Assembly (NCBI RefSeq): GCF_000010625.1
Contig: NC_010296.1
Location: 360,001-392,000 of the forward strand
Reading direction: 5' to 3'
DNA: 32,000 nt
Origin: Microcystis aeruginosa NIES-843
GTDB taxonomy: Bacteria; Cyanobacteriota; Cyanobacteriia; Cyanobacteriales; Microcystaceae
This document shows positions 9,190 to 18,878 of the stretch, piece after piece. Position 1 is the stretch's first letter; each line of letters begins with the position of its first letter. Below the pieces are notes generated by a model. The model did no database searches, was not told where the DNA came from, and worked only from the letters and a program-made list of their open reading frames with translations. A program made the position numbers and the translations under genes.

Positions 9190-11205
9190 ATGACATTTTC
9201 TTCCAAGAAAACCCGTGCCGTTGCCCTGCGCAATTACTTTTCGCCCTTTGGTAACAAGTTGGTGCAGTCGGGCTATATCGGTGCCGACCAGATGCAACGG
9301 GCCTTAGTGGAAACACGGAAATCGGGACGATCGCTAGTAGAAATATTACAACAACTAACCGGGCGCCCTTTGCCCCCGGATTTACAGCGACAGTATAAGA
9401 AAAACCAGTTATTTGAACTAAAAATTCTCTACGGAGTCGAATCGATCGACCCCGAATTAACCGATGTGGATGGACTGGAAATAGCCCGATTGATCGATTC
9501 TTTGATTCCGATCGATCTTTGTCGTCGCTATCGTCTCATCCCCCTGAGTCGGATCGAAGGAGAGCCGGCTGCGATTTTGATAGCCATGGTCGATCCCGAC
9601 AACCTCGAGGCTACCGACGATATCAATCGTATCCTCCGCCCCAGGGAGTTAGGTTTACAGCGTTTGGTGATTACCAGCGAAGATTATGAAAGATTACTGG
9701 AAAAATTCCACTCGGTCCAATCGGAGCTAGAACAGGAAAAAGCCCGACTGCAAAAAGAAAAAGAACTGGCAAAACTCTCGGATCTCACTGGTATTGTCAG
9801 CAATATTGAGGTGGCCTCTGGTGCTGCTAACGATGAAGTGGCCGATGATCTCGGAGAAGGGGAAGCTAATCAAGCTCCCGTCATCAACCTCGTCAATAAA
9901 ATTCTAGCTAAAGCCCTACAGGAAGGGACTTCCGATATTCACATCGAACCCCAAGAAGAATTCCTGAAAATTCGCTTTCGCAAAGATGGAGTTCTTCATC
10001 AAGCTTTTGAGCCACTGCCGAAAAAAATTACCCCGGCGGTCACTGCCCGTTTTAAAATCATGGCCGATCTCGATATCGCCGAACGTCGTCTTCCCCAGGA
10101 TGGTAAAATCCGGCGGCTTTATCAAGGGCGAACAGTGGATTTTCGGGTTAATACCCTGCCCAGTCGCTACGGGGAAAAAGTCTGTTTACGGATTCTCGAT
10201 AACTCGGCTACCCAGTTGGGTTTAGATAAACTGATCACCGATCAAAAGACCCTGCAAATCGTCCGAGACTTGGCCAGTCACCCTTTTGGTCTGTTACTGG
10301 TGACGGGCCCCACCGGTTCGGGGAAATCCACCACTTTATACTCGGTGTTAGCGGAAAGAAATCACCCTGGAGTTAATATTAGTACCGCCGAAGACCCGAT
10401 CGAATATTCTCTACCAGGCATCACCCAGGTGCAGGTAATTCGGGAAAAAGGCATGGATTTCGCCTCGATTCTGCGGGCATTCATGCGACAAGATCCGGAT
10501 GTGATTCTGGTGGGAGAAACTAGGGACAAGGAAACGGCTAAAACAGCGATCGAGGCCGCCCTAACTGGTCACTTGGTCCTCACTACCCTACACACCAACG
10601 ATGCCGCTGGTGCGATCGCTCGTCTCGATAAGATGGGGGTTGAACCGTTTATGATTTCTGGTTCTCTCTTGGGAGTCTTGGCCCAGCGTCTCGTGCGGCG
10701 CGTCTGTAGCCAATGTCGAGTCGCCTATAACCCCAGCCAAGGGGAATTAGCCCGTTTTGGTCTTGCCGCCGCCAATGAACGGGAAGTGACCTTTTATAAG
10801 GCTAATACCCTGACCCTAGAGGAAATTCAACAGGCGCGAAAACAGGGCAATCTCTGCCTTAAGTGTAGCGGCAGCGGTTATAAAGGTCGCATTGGTGTCT
10901 ATGAGGTAATGCAAAATAGTGAACGACTACAGCAGCTAATTTACCAAGGGGCAACCACTGATCGCATTAAGGAGGCGGCCGTCGATGAGGGCATGGTGAC
11001 ACTCCTAGCCTATAGTTTAAATCTGGTGCGCGAGGGTTACACCACCCTCGAAGAAGTGGAACGGGTGACATTTACCGATTCCGGTCTGGAAGCGGAACTA
11101 AAAGCCAAACGGAAAAGCGGTTTAATCTGTCGTGGTTGTCGCGCCGAACTACAACCAGAATGGCTCGATTGTCCCTATTGTATGACACCGCGATTTAGTG
11201 ATTAA
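9190..11205 (+). CDS. pilB: Type IV pilus assembly ATPase PilB (GspE family)
   Basis: 671 aa with an N-terminal T2SSE_N/MshEN-like domain, Walker A (GPTGSGKST), Asp/His boxes and an internal tetracysteine motif. It heads the pilB-pilT-pilC cluster. Confidence 0.9.
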   Translation: MTFSSKKTRAVALRNYFSPFGNKLVQSGYIGADQMQRALVETRKSGRSLVEILQQLTGRPLPPDLQRQYKKNQLFELKILYGVESIDPELTDVDGLEIARLIDSLIPIDLCRRYRLIPLSRIEGEPAAILIAMVDPDNLEATDDINRILRPRELGLQRLVITSEDYERLLEKFHSVQSELEQEKARLQKEKELAKLSDLTGIVSNIEVASGAANDEVADDLGEGEANQAPVINLVNKILAKALQEGTSDIHIEPQEEFLKIRFRKDGVLHQAFEPLPKKITPAVTARFKIMADLDIAERRLPQDGKIRRLYQGRTVDFRVNTLPSRYGEKVCLRILDNSATQLGLDKLITDQKTLQIVRDLASHPFGLLLVTGPTGSGKSTTLYSVLAERNHPGVNISTAEDPIEYSLPGITQVQVIREKGMDFASILRAFMRQDPDVILVGETRDKETAKTAIEAALTGHLVLTTLHTNDAAGAIARLDKMGVEPFMISGSLLGVLAQRLVRRVCSQCRVAYNPSQGELARFGLAAANEREVTFYKANTLTLEEIQQARKQGNLCLKCSGSGYKGRIGVYEVMQNSERLQQLIYQGATTDRIKEAAVDEGMVTLLAYSLNLVREGYTTLEEVERVTFTDSGLEAELKAKRKSGLICRGCRAELQPEWLDCPYCMTPRFSD

Positions 11206-11215
11206 GACAGTTTTT

Positions 11216-11243
11216 CAGTTATCAGTTATCAGTTATCAGTTAT
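11216..11243. repeat. Heptamer tandem repeat CAGTTAT x4
   Basis: Four perfect units lie directly after the pilB stop. Confidence 0.9.
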
Positions 11244-11350
11244 GAGATTTGAGTTTTAAGTAAGGAGTATTAAGTGAGTAGTCTTAAATAGCACTTTCCC
11301 AATGTCTTTTCACTGTTCACTGATTTTACCTTATAGATGGGGTTTAACTT

Positions 11351-12451
11351 ATGGAATTAATGATCGAAGATTTAATGGAACAATTGGTCGAGATGGGCGG
11401 TTCCGATATGCACATTCAGTCTGGGGCGCCGGTCTATTTTCGCATTAGTGGCAAACTGTCCCCGATTAATGAAGAATCTTTAACCCCGCAAGATTGTCAG
11501 AAATTGATTTTTAGTATGCTCAATAATACCCAAAGAAAAGAGTTAGAGCAGAATTGGGAATTAGACTGTTCCTACGGGGTGAAAGGATTAGCAAGATTTA
11601 GGGTCAATGTTTATAAAGAAAGGGGGGCTTATGCAGCTTGTTTACGGGCTTTGTCCTCTAAAATTCCTAACTTTGAACAATTAAATTTACCTAGAGTAGT
11701 ACGGGAGTTATCGGAAAGACCGAGGGGATTAATTCTCGTAACTGGCCAAACAGGTTCAGGTAAAACTACCACTTTAGCGGCAATTTTAGACTTAATTAAT
11801 CGGACTAGGTCTGAACATATTTTAACTGTAGAAGACCCAATTGAATACGTTTTTCCTAATATAAAAAGTCTGTTTCACCAACGACAAAAAGGAGAAGATA
11901 CCAAGAGTTTTGCTAACGCTTTAAGAGCATCTTTACGGGAAGATCCTGATATTATCCTTGTGGGAGAAATGCGGGATTTAGAAACAATTAGTTTGGCAAT
12001 CACGGCGGCAGAAACTGGTCACTTAGTCTTCGGAACCCTACACACTAGCTCGGCAGCGGGAACAGTGGATCGGATTATTGACGTTTTTCCTGCTAACCAA
12101 CAGGCACAAATTCGCGCCATGTTATCCAATTCTTTACTAGCAGTTTTTAGTCAAAACCTAGTCAAGAAAAAAAATCCTAAACCGGGGGAATTTGGTCGGG
12201 CAATGGTACAGGAAATCATGGTGGTAACTCCAGCGATCGCTAACCTAATTCGGGAAGGAAAAGCCCCCCAAGTCTATTCAGCAATTCAAACGGGAATGAA
12301 GTTAGGAATGCAAACCATGGAACAGGGATTAGCTAATTTAGTTGTTAGGGGTGTTGTCTCTTTGGAAGAGGCCATTTCTAAAAGCGGTAAACCCGATGAA
12401 TTACAACGTCTTATCGCCGGGGCCGGCGCTAACGCTAAAGCCCGGATTTAA
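11351..12451 (+). CDS. pilT: Type IV pilus retraction (twitching motility) ATPase PilT
   Basis: 366 aa with Walker A (GQTGSGKTTT) and the motifs REDPDIILVGEMRD and GHLVFGTLHT, typical of PilT. Confidence 0.9.
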   Translation: MELMIEDLMEQLVEMGGSDMHIQSGAPVYFRISGKLSPINEESLTPQDCQKLIFSMLNNTQRKELEQNWELDCSYGVKGLARFRVNVYKERGAYAACLRALSSKIPNFEQLNLPRVVRELSERPRGLILVTGQTGSGKTTTLAAILDLINRTRSEHILTVEDPIEYVFPNIKSLFHQRQKGEDTKSFANALRASLREDPDIILVGEMRDLETISLAITAAETGHLVFGTLHTSSAAGTVDRIIDVFPANQQAQIRAMLSNSLLAVFSQNLVKKKNPKPGEFGRAMVQEIMVVTPAIANLIREGKAPQVYSAIQTGMKLGMQTMEQGLANLVVRGVVSLEEAISKSGKPDELQRLIAGAGANAKARI

Positions 12452-12489
12452 TAACAAATAGTAACCTTTAAGCGTTCGTCAGCCCCTAT

Positions 12490-12524
12490 CAGTTATCAGT
12501 GAACAGTAACCAGTAATCAGTGAA
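12490..12524. repeat. Degenerate heptamer array CAGTNAN x5
   Basis: The units are cagttat cagtgaa cagtaac cagtaat cagtgaa, located in the pilT-pilC spacer. Confidence 0.8.
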
Positions 12525-12577
12525 AAGAAAGTACCGAAGTTTTCACTTAACACTATCTACCCACTTAAAACTCCAAT

Positions 12578-12610
12578 CTGATAACTGATAACTGATAACT
12601 GATAACTGAT
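12578..12610. repeat. Heptamer array CTGATAA x4.7 (reverse complement of the CAGTTAT unit)
   Basis: The array is ctgataa x4 plus ctgat. It ends 7 nt before the pilC ATG and is inverted relative to 12490-12524. Confidence 0.9.
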
Positions 12611-12617
12611 TTGTCCT

Positions 12618-13832
12618 ATGCCTAATTTTGTCGCACAAGTTAAAAACGGCTCTGGAAAAGTTTTCCAAGAGAAAGTTGAGGCCATGTCTCCCGAACAGGC
12701 CAGGACGATGCTGAAGGCGAAATATGCCGCCGTCGGTAAGGTCAAAAAAGTGGGGGGAGAGATCGATCTTTCCGGTTTAAAGTTGATGTTTACCAGCATT
12801 TCCATCAAAGATAAAGCGGTTTTTTCCCGTCAATTTTCGGTGATGATTAATGCTGGTGTGGCGATTGTGAGATGTTTGGGAGTTTTGGGGGATCAATGCG
12901 GTAACCTCAAGATGAAAAAAGCCCTACAAGCGATTAGTGCTGAGGTACAGCAAGGGACTCCGTTATCGGAAGCGATGGCCAAACATCCCGAATGTTTTGA
13001 TGAACTTTATGTCAGTATGGTCGAAGCTGGAGAGACGGGGGGGGTACTCGATGAAGTGCTGAACCGTCTCTCGAAACTTTTGGAAGATATGGCCCGCTTG
13101 AAAAACCAGATTAAATCGGCGATGACCTATCCGGTAGCGGTGGGAATTTTGGCGGTAATTGTGTTTTTCGGGATGACGATCTTTTTAATTCCCGTGTTTG
13201 CGAAAATTTTCACCGATTTAAACGTGCCGCTACCAGCTTTAACGCAATTTATGCTCTTTTTAAGTAGTGTGATGCGTAGTTGGTTGATTTTAATTCCGAT
13301 TGTCACCATTGTTGCCACGGTTTTTTTACTACGTCGCTATTACAAAACCCCGATGGGTCGTCTACAAATTGACCACTTTTTCCTTAAAATGCCTCTTTTT
13401 GGTGATTTGAATGAAAAGTCAGCTGTGGCTAGATTTTGCCGGGTTTTTGGGACTCTGACGCGTTCTGGTGTCCCGATTTTAAGTTCTCTCGACATCGTTT
13501 GTAATACGGTGGGTAATCAGGTAATTGCCAATGCGATCGCCGGTGCCAAGGCGGAAATTCAGCAGGGGGGAATGATGAGTTTGGCCCTACAAAAAGCCAA
13601 TGTTTTCCCACCTTTGGCAATTCAAATGATTAGTATTGGGGAGGAAACGGGAGAATTAGATGCCATGATGATGAAAGTGGCGGATTTCTACGAAGATGAG
13701 GTGGAACAGGCCGTTAAAGCTTTAACCAGTATCATTGAACCCTTGATGATGATTGGTGTTGCGGGGATGGTGGGAATTATTCTTTTGTCTATGTACTTGC
13801 CCATGTTTAAAATCTTCGATGCGTTGGGATAA
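12618..13832 (+). CDS. pilC: Type IV pilus inner-membrane platform protein PilC (GspF family)
   Basis: 404 aa with two T2SSF repeats, each followed by TM helices, and the GEETGELD motif. Confidence 0.9.
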   Translation: MPNFVAQVKNGSGKVFQEKVEAMSPEQARTMLKAKYAAVGKVKKVGGEIDLSGLKLMFTSISIKDKAVFSRQFSVMINAGVAIVRCLGVLGDQCGNLKMKKALQAISAEVQQGTPLSEAMAKHPECFDELYVSMVEAGETGGVLDEVLNRLSKLLEDMARLKNQIKSAMTYPVAVGILAVIVFFGMTIFLIPVFAKIFTDLNVPLPALTQFMLFLSSVMRSWLILIPIVTIVATVFLLRRYYKTPMGRLQIDHFFLKMPLFGDLNEKSAVARFCRVFGTLTRSGVPILSSLDIVCNTVGNQVIANAIAGAKAEIQQGGMMSLALQKANVFPPLAIQMISIGEETGELDAMMMKVADFYEDEVEQAVKALTSIIEPLMMIGVAGMVGIILLSMYLPMFKIFDALG

Positions 13833-13834
13833 GT

Positions 13835-13860
13835 TGATCAGTGATCAAGTGATCAGTGAC
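13835..13860. repeat. Short tandem repeat TGATCAG/TGATCAAG x3
   Basis: The sequence tgatcag tgatcaag tgatcag tgac lies right after the pilC stop. Confidence 0.7.
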
Positions 13861-14006
13861 TATTGCCGGTAGCTGGAAATCAGCAAGATTTTAATTTTCA
13901 TCTCCTTTTATTTGATTAGGTGAATCTGTGTCTTACGAAACTTTATTAGCGGAATATAGCTGTCGTGAGCGGGCGATCGAATTATTGCGACAATATCGCC
14001 CCTATT

Positions 14007-14223
14007 TAGGGTCTGCTGAAAAAGTTTTTCCTGGGGGCAGGGTGTGGGGTGTGGGGTGTGGGGTGTGGGGTTTTACCGGTTTTGAGGTGGCCAATTACCT
14101 AATTTTCAGGGAAAAAGTCCCTGAATTTTCCCCCTGATCACTCCCATGCCGGGGACTTTTTGATTGACAAAAAGTCTAAAAGTCTTACCCAACAAGGTTT
14201 TTAGATTTATTCAGCCAACCCTA
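14007..14223. mobile_element. MITE-like dispersed repeat with GGGTGTG x4 heptamer core (copy A)
   Basis: About 217 bp and collinear with 22527-22751. The terminal inverted repeats are tagggtctgctg / cagccaacccta. There is an internal hairpin, aaaaagtccc..ggggactttt. No coding capacity. Confidence 0.65.
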
Positions 14224-14242
14224 TTTAGAGTTAATTCCTAGT

Positions 14243-14683
14243 ATGCGTCGTCCTGAAGAGAGTTTAATTACTATTCCCTTGCCCTTGGTCAGAATTCGTC
14301 CATCTTCTGCCCTTGAATCTAGAAAGACGGTACAATTAGCCTGTGATTTGGCTATTCTGATGTGTGATCCGGAATGGAAAATTAAATTAGGTTCAGAAAT
14401 CCTGATTTTTATCCATCGTCCGGGGGAAGATTTTTCTGATTTGTTGAAACGCTGGCGCGAAACACAAATATGTTTAGATAAAGAATATGAATGGTTAATG
14501 CCCCCCAGAGAACAACATATGTTTAGTGAAGGTGCAGAAACAATTCATCCTTTATTTGTGGTTTTTGATCAAACGGCCGAGAGAATAAAAAAGGGTTTAA
14601 GAGGGGCTTTTTTACCGATGGTTGTTCAAAGTTATCGGCCAGCTTTGATTGATGATTGCTTAGAATTAGTCGATCAAGATTAG
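14243..14683 (+). CDS. Hypothetical protein (146 aa)
   Basis: ATG ORF convergent with the radical-SAM gene. No family recognised by eye. Confidence 0.45.
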   Translation: MRRPEESLITIPLPLVRIRPSSALESRKTVQLACDLAILMCDPEWKIKLGSEILIFIHRPGEDFSDLLKRWRETQICLDKEYEWLMPPREQHMFSEGAETIHPLFVVFDQTAERIKKGLRGAFLPMVVQSYRPALIDDCLELVDQD

Positions 14684-14725
14684 CTGACTCTCTGGGGTTA
14701 GTATAAAGGGAACAGTTGACGATGG

Positions 14726-17296
14726 TTAAGTTCCTAAAATCAAGCACTGACGATGGCAATTAAGCAGCGAAATTTCCTGTCCAGAAACCCTTTCTAACAT
14801 CTCGACGAGATGATCGGGCTGTAGTAAAGTGCCATCATTGCGACAACTGCCCACATAGCACAAAACGGCTTCCTTGTCAACAGTTTTTAACTCTAATTCA
14901 TATAATTGTTCTCGCAGATTAATCGTGACTTTTTTGCCGGATTTGGTGGTTTTTTCCCGTTCCATCACCGTTGCTTGCTTAATCGCCTCGATCCAATTTT
15001 GCCATTGTTGGCAGTCAATTCCCTCACTGTTAAAAGTGAGCAAATACTCGGCTTTTTCTAACAAACGGGTGGCAGCGGGGGCATTTAAGGGAATTTCTTC
15101 CACCTGATAAACTGGTAGATCTGCGGGCAATTGTGCGCTTAATTGCTGTTTAAACCTCTCTAAATCGATCACTTTTGTCAATTCAAAATCGACAATCTCA
15201 CCGCTACTGGTTGCTCCCAAGGATAAAGCATTGGCGATCGAAATGCGCGGACCAGGGTGAAATCCACCGGTAAAGGAAATGGGAATAGCAGCGCGACGGA
15301 CGACGCGATCAAATAAACGCACCAGATCCAAGTGGCTAACTAAGGCCATTTCGCCAATTTTGCCAAACCAAACCCGAATTCTTTGGGCGCGTTCTTGATT
15401 GGGTTGAAAATGTCCAGCAAAAGCGGGAATCGCAGGCGCTTCAATGACGATATTATGACCAAAATCGAGGCTACAAACGCCACAATGGGAACAACCCTCA
15501 AAAGAACAATCGGGGACTGTTGCCGCGTCTAGGGCGCGTTTTAAGTCCTCCTGTAGCCATTTTTTATCGATACCGGTATCCAGATGATCCCAGGGCAAAG
15601 GACGCTCTAAAATATCTTTGTCTGCATCGGCAAAAATATGCCATTCTCCCTGTTCTATCCGACGATATTTCCAAGTTAAACCGGATTCTTCGATCGCCTG
15701 TGACCATGCTTGATAGGCTTTTTCCGTATTATCCCACCAAGCATCCATCCCGGCTCCCAATTGCCAAGCGCGCAGCACCACTTTCCCTAAACTTCTGTCA
15801 CCGCGACCGATAAAATCTTCCATAGCCGAGATGCGGACATCGGTATAATTGACTTTTACCCCTCTCATGCCTTGGAATTCCTGTCTTAATAACTCCTGTT
15901 TGCGGATAAATTCGGCCGTCGAGACGGAATGCCACTGGAAGGGGGTATGGGGTTTGGGCGTAAAATTAGAGATAGTTAGGGTAAAATCGAGGGGTTTCCG
16001 CTTCGGTAAACGACATTCCCGACGCAACCAACGCACCGTTTCCGCGATACCGATGACATCCACATCGGTTTCCCCTGGCAAACCAATCATAAAATAGAGT
16101 TTGACCTTATCCCAACCCTGTTCGACGGCAGTTTTTATCCCTCTGAGTAATTCTTCGTTGGTTAACCCTTTGTTAATCACATCGCGCATTCGTTGGGTTC
16201 CCGCTTCCGGTGCAAAGGTTAAACCCGATTGACGATTGCCCCCAATTATGTTAGCAATATTTTCGTCAAAGCGATCGACTCTTTGACTGGGTAAGGATAG
16301 AGATATATTCTCATTCTGGAGACGGTTTTTAATCTCCATACCCACGGCAGGTAAAGCTAGATAATCGGAGCAACTGAGAGATAATAGAGAAAATTCGTTA
16401 TATCCCGTCGCTCGCATTCCTTTTTCAATCGATTCGATTACTGCTTCCGGTTGCACATCCCGCGCGGGACGGGTTAACATCCCCGGTTGACAAAAACGAC
16501 ATCCCCGAGTGCAACCGCGACGAATTTCCACCACCAGGCGATCGTGAACCGTTTCCACGAAGGGAACTAAACCGATAGAATAGGCTGGGATAGGAGTGGC
16601 TACCCGGCGTAAAATTCTTTTCGGTACATCGTCACGATTGGGGATAACTGCACCGATTGGGGTGACATCGTAGAAACGCGGGACATATACCCCCGGAATT
16701 TGGGCTAAATCTAGTAATAGTTCTTCTTTGCTTAGATTAGCTAGTTTACCTTCTTCTAAAATTAAACCGATTTCTGGCAATAATTCTTCGCCATCACCAA
16801 GGGCGATAAAATCAAAAAAGTCGGCATAGGGTTCGGGGTTAGAGGTGGCAGTTTGTCCCCCGGCAAAAATTAGCGGATAGTTACCCGAGTCTCTTGCTCT
16901 CCAAGTCAAGGGAATTGCCGCTAGGTCGAGCATTTCTAAAATATTGGTGGCTCCTAGCTCATAACTGAGACTAAAACCCAGAATATCAAAATCTGTGAGG
17001 CAACGACGGGATTCTAGGGCAAATAAGGGGGTTTTTGTCTGTTTGAGTTTTTGGGCTAAATCCGGTGCGGGTAAATAAGTGCGATCGCAGAGTTGGCGGG
17101 GTTGAGCATTGAGGATATTGTAGAGGATAATATGGCCGAGGTTAGATGCCCCCACTTCGTACACTTCCGGATAGGTTAACACCCAACGAACCACAGCACT
17201 TGCCCATTCTTTATGTTTAGCGCCTAACTCGTTGCCCAAATAACGCGCTGGTCGAAAAATGTCGGGGGTAAGCAGTTGGTCTAAAGCAATAGTCAC
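14726..17296 (-). CDS. Radical SAM protein fused to a DUF2344-like C-terminal domain (B12-binding-like N-terminus)
   Basis: 856 aa with the radical-SAM cluster motif CTRGCRFCQPG. The C-terminal ~230 aa resemble the DUF2344 / TIGR03936-type domain, which usually accompanies TIGR03960-type rSAM proteins. Confidence 0.8.
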   Translation of the reverse strand: MTIALDQLLTPDIFRPARYLGNELGAKHKEWASAVVRWVLTYPEVYEVGASNLGHIILYNILNAQPRQLCDRTYLPAPDLAQKLKQTKTPLFALESRRCLTDFDILGFSLSYELGATNILEMLDLAAIPLTWRARDSGNYPLIFAGGQTATSNPEPYADFFDFIALGDGEELLPEIGLILEEGKLANLSKEELLLDLAQIPGVYVPRFYDVTPIGAVIPNRDDVPKRILRRVATPIPAYSIGLVPFVETVHDRLVVEIRRGCTRGCRFCQPGMLTRPARDVQPEAVIESIEKGMRATGYNEFSLLSLSCSDYLALPAVGMEIKNRLQNENISLSLPSQRVDRFDENIANIIGGNRQSGLTFAPEAGTQRMRDVINKGLTNEELLRGIKTAVEQGWDKVKLYFMIGLPGETDVDVIGIAETVRWLRRECRLPKRKPLDFTLTISNFTPKPHTPFQWHSVSTAEFIRKQELLRQEFQGMRGVKVNYTDVRISAMEDFIGRGDRSLGKVVLRAWQLGAGMDAWWDNTEKAYQAWSQAIEESGLTWKYRRIEQGEWHIFADADKDILERPLPWDHLDTGIDKKWLQEDLKRALDAATVPDCSFEGCSHCGVCSLDFGHNIVIEAPAIPAFAGHFQPNQERAQRIRVWFGKIGEMALVSHLDLVRLFDRVVRRAAIPISFTGGFHPGPRISIANALSLGATSSGEIVDFELTKVIDLERFKQQLSAQLPADLPVYQVEEIPLNAPAATRLLEKAEYLLTFNSEGIDCQQWQNWIEAIKQATVMEREKTTKSGKKVTINLREQLYELELKTVDKEAVLCYVGSCRNDGTLLQPDHLVEMLERVSGQEISLLNCHRQCLILGT

Positions 17297-17411
17297 GGCA
17301 ATCTACCTCAGATATCGTCAGCAATGGGTGCTTTTCTACTATAGCAGCCAGCCTTTTCAGTGATCAGATCCTGAAGGACGCTACGCGCCCTAAAAAGAAA
17401 AAGAGAAACTA

Positions 17412-18633
17412 GTGGTCTGTCAAAGCAACAATGATGGATAATAGGAGAGGTAAATTCTCCCCAATCTGCTTAAAAATGCCAGCTAAAAAATATATCGTCT
17501 CTTTAACTGAGAAGGAACGCCAAGAACTCGAAGAATTAACCCAAAAGGGAAAATCGGCTGCCCGAAAAATCAATCATGCTCGTATCTTACTCAAGGCAGA
17601 CATTAATCAAATCAATGGGGGATGGAATGATCAAATGATTAGTCAAACATTGGACATAAGTACCAGAACCATTGAGAGAGTGAGGCAAAGATTTGTGGAA
17701 GAAGGATTAGAACAATCACTGAATCCCCGTCCGAAAAACTTGTCAAAACTCAGAAAGATAGATGGGGAAGCAGAAGCCCATTTAATCGCCTTGGCCTGTT
17801 CGGAAGCTCCCACAGGGTATAGCCGTTGGACTTTACGATTATTAGCCGAACAAATGGTCGTTTTAGAGTATGTAGAAACGATTTCCCATGAAAGCGTCAG
17901 ACAAGTCTTAAAAAAAACGAAATTAAACCTTGGCTACAAGAATGTTGGGTAATTCCCCCTCAAGCCAATGCAGAGTTTGTTGGCCAGAGGTCAGAAATTT
18001 TAGAACTCTACACTCGTCCTTATAATCCAGCTTATCCCTTAGTTTGCTTTGATGAAAGCTGCAAGCAACTCATTTCAGAAATCCGACAACCCTTAACTGC
18101 CGAACCAGGAAAACCTGAAGGTTTTGATTATCAATACGAGCGAGAAGGAGTTAGTAATTTATTCATGTTTTTTGAACCCTTAAAAGCTTGGAGACACGTT
18201 GAGGTCACTTCACTGTCACTGACCGACGTACCAGCATTGACTATGCCCAACAAATGAAATACTTAGTGGATGAACGTTATCCAGAGGCTCAAAAAATCCG
18301 AGGGGTTCAAGATAACCTTAATACTCATGTTAAAGCTTCATTATACAAAGCATTTCCCCCTCGTGAAGCTCGTCGAATACTGGACAAGTTAGAATTTTAT
18401 TACACTCCTAAGCATGGAAGTTGGTTGAATATGGCTGAAATTGAGTTAAGTGTTCTCAATAGACAATGCCTTAACCGACGCATTCCTTCCCAAGAGATTT
18501 TAATCCAAGAAGTGGAGGCTTGGGAACAACAAAGAAATCAAACTTCTTCTCCTGTTGATTGGCAGTTTACTACCGAAGATGCTCGCATCAAATTAACTCA
18601 ATTATATCTGTCAATTTTAACTTGACAAACCAG
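17412..18633 (+). mobile_element. IS630-family insertion sequence (copy 1, transposase disrupted)
   Basis: The imperfect terminal inverted repeats are gtggtctgtcaaag (left) and cttgacaaaccag (right). Each is flanked by TA (17410-11 and 18634-35), the IS630 target. Internally there are HTH and DDE transposase reading frames. Confidence 0.75.
17476..18625 (+). pseudogene. IS630-family transposase split over three frames
   Basis: Frame 1 encodes the HTH part up to an A8 run (17910-17917). The -1 frame continues as KKNEIKPWLQECWVIPP...WRHVEVT. An 11-nt extra segment (about 18210-18220, tcactgtcact) then shifts the frame before DRRTSIDYAQQMKYLVDERYP (ORF 18254..18625). Confidence 0.75.
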
Positions 18634-18661
18634 TAGAAACGGCGGCTAAGTTTTTGAGCAT
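18634..18661 (-). pseudogene. 5' remnant (9 codons, MLKNLAAVS) of a PEP-CTERM protein gene cut by IS630 copy 1
   Basis: Bases 18634-18702 are nearly identical to 26003-26073, the start codon region and 5' leader of the intact gene 25310..26029. Confidence 0.7.
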
Positions 18662-18714
18662 TTTAACCTCTCTTTTTTGCTAAATATTTTGATTGCGATC
18701 GCTATCATCGCACC

Positions 18715-18829
18715 CAGGTCAAGCAACAGCCCAACTAGGTGCCAAAGGCGGACAACAAAACAATACATACTACCCCCTCACAACTGTATCTTATGTTACA
18801 TTTTAATAAATCTTTATATTTCTCTCCCC
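18715..18829 (+). repeat. J1 junction element, copy a
   Basis: Matches the consensus GGTCAAGCAAYAGCCCAACCCAA..AAGGCGGA..ACAATACAYA..CCCCCACAAMTGTATCAAAAGCTACAATTTAATAAATNTTT..ATTCCTNTCCC. This is the most diverged copy. Confidence 0.65.
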
Positions 18830-18878
18830 AACCAGCGATTGAGATTTTGGGGTTTTTGGGGAGTTCAAGAGCTTGGAA

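Noticed and set aside
13928-14137. 69-aa ORF from the track (GTG start)
   Set aside because: About two-thirds of it is the MITE-like repeat, including the GGGTGTG heptamer tract (translated WGVGCGVWG). The same repeat occurs non-coding at 22527-22751. It is most likely not a gene.
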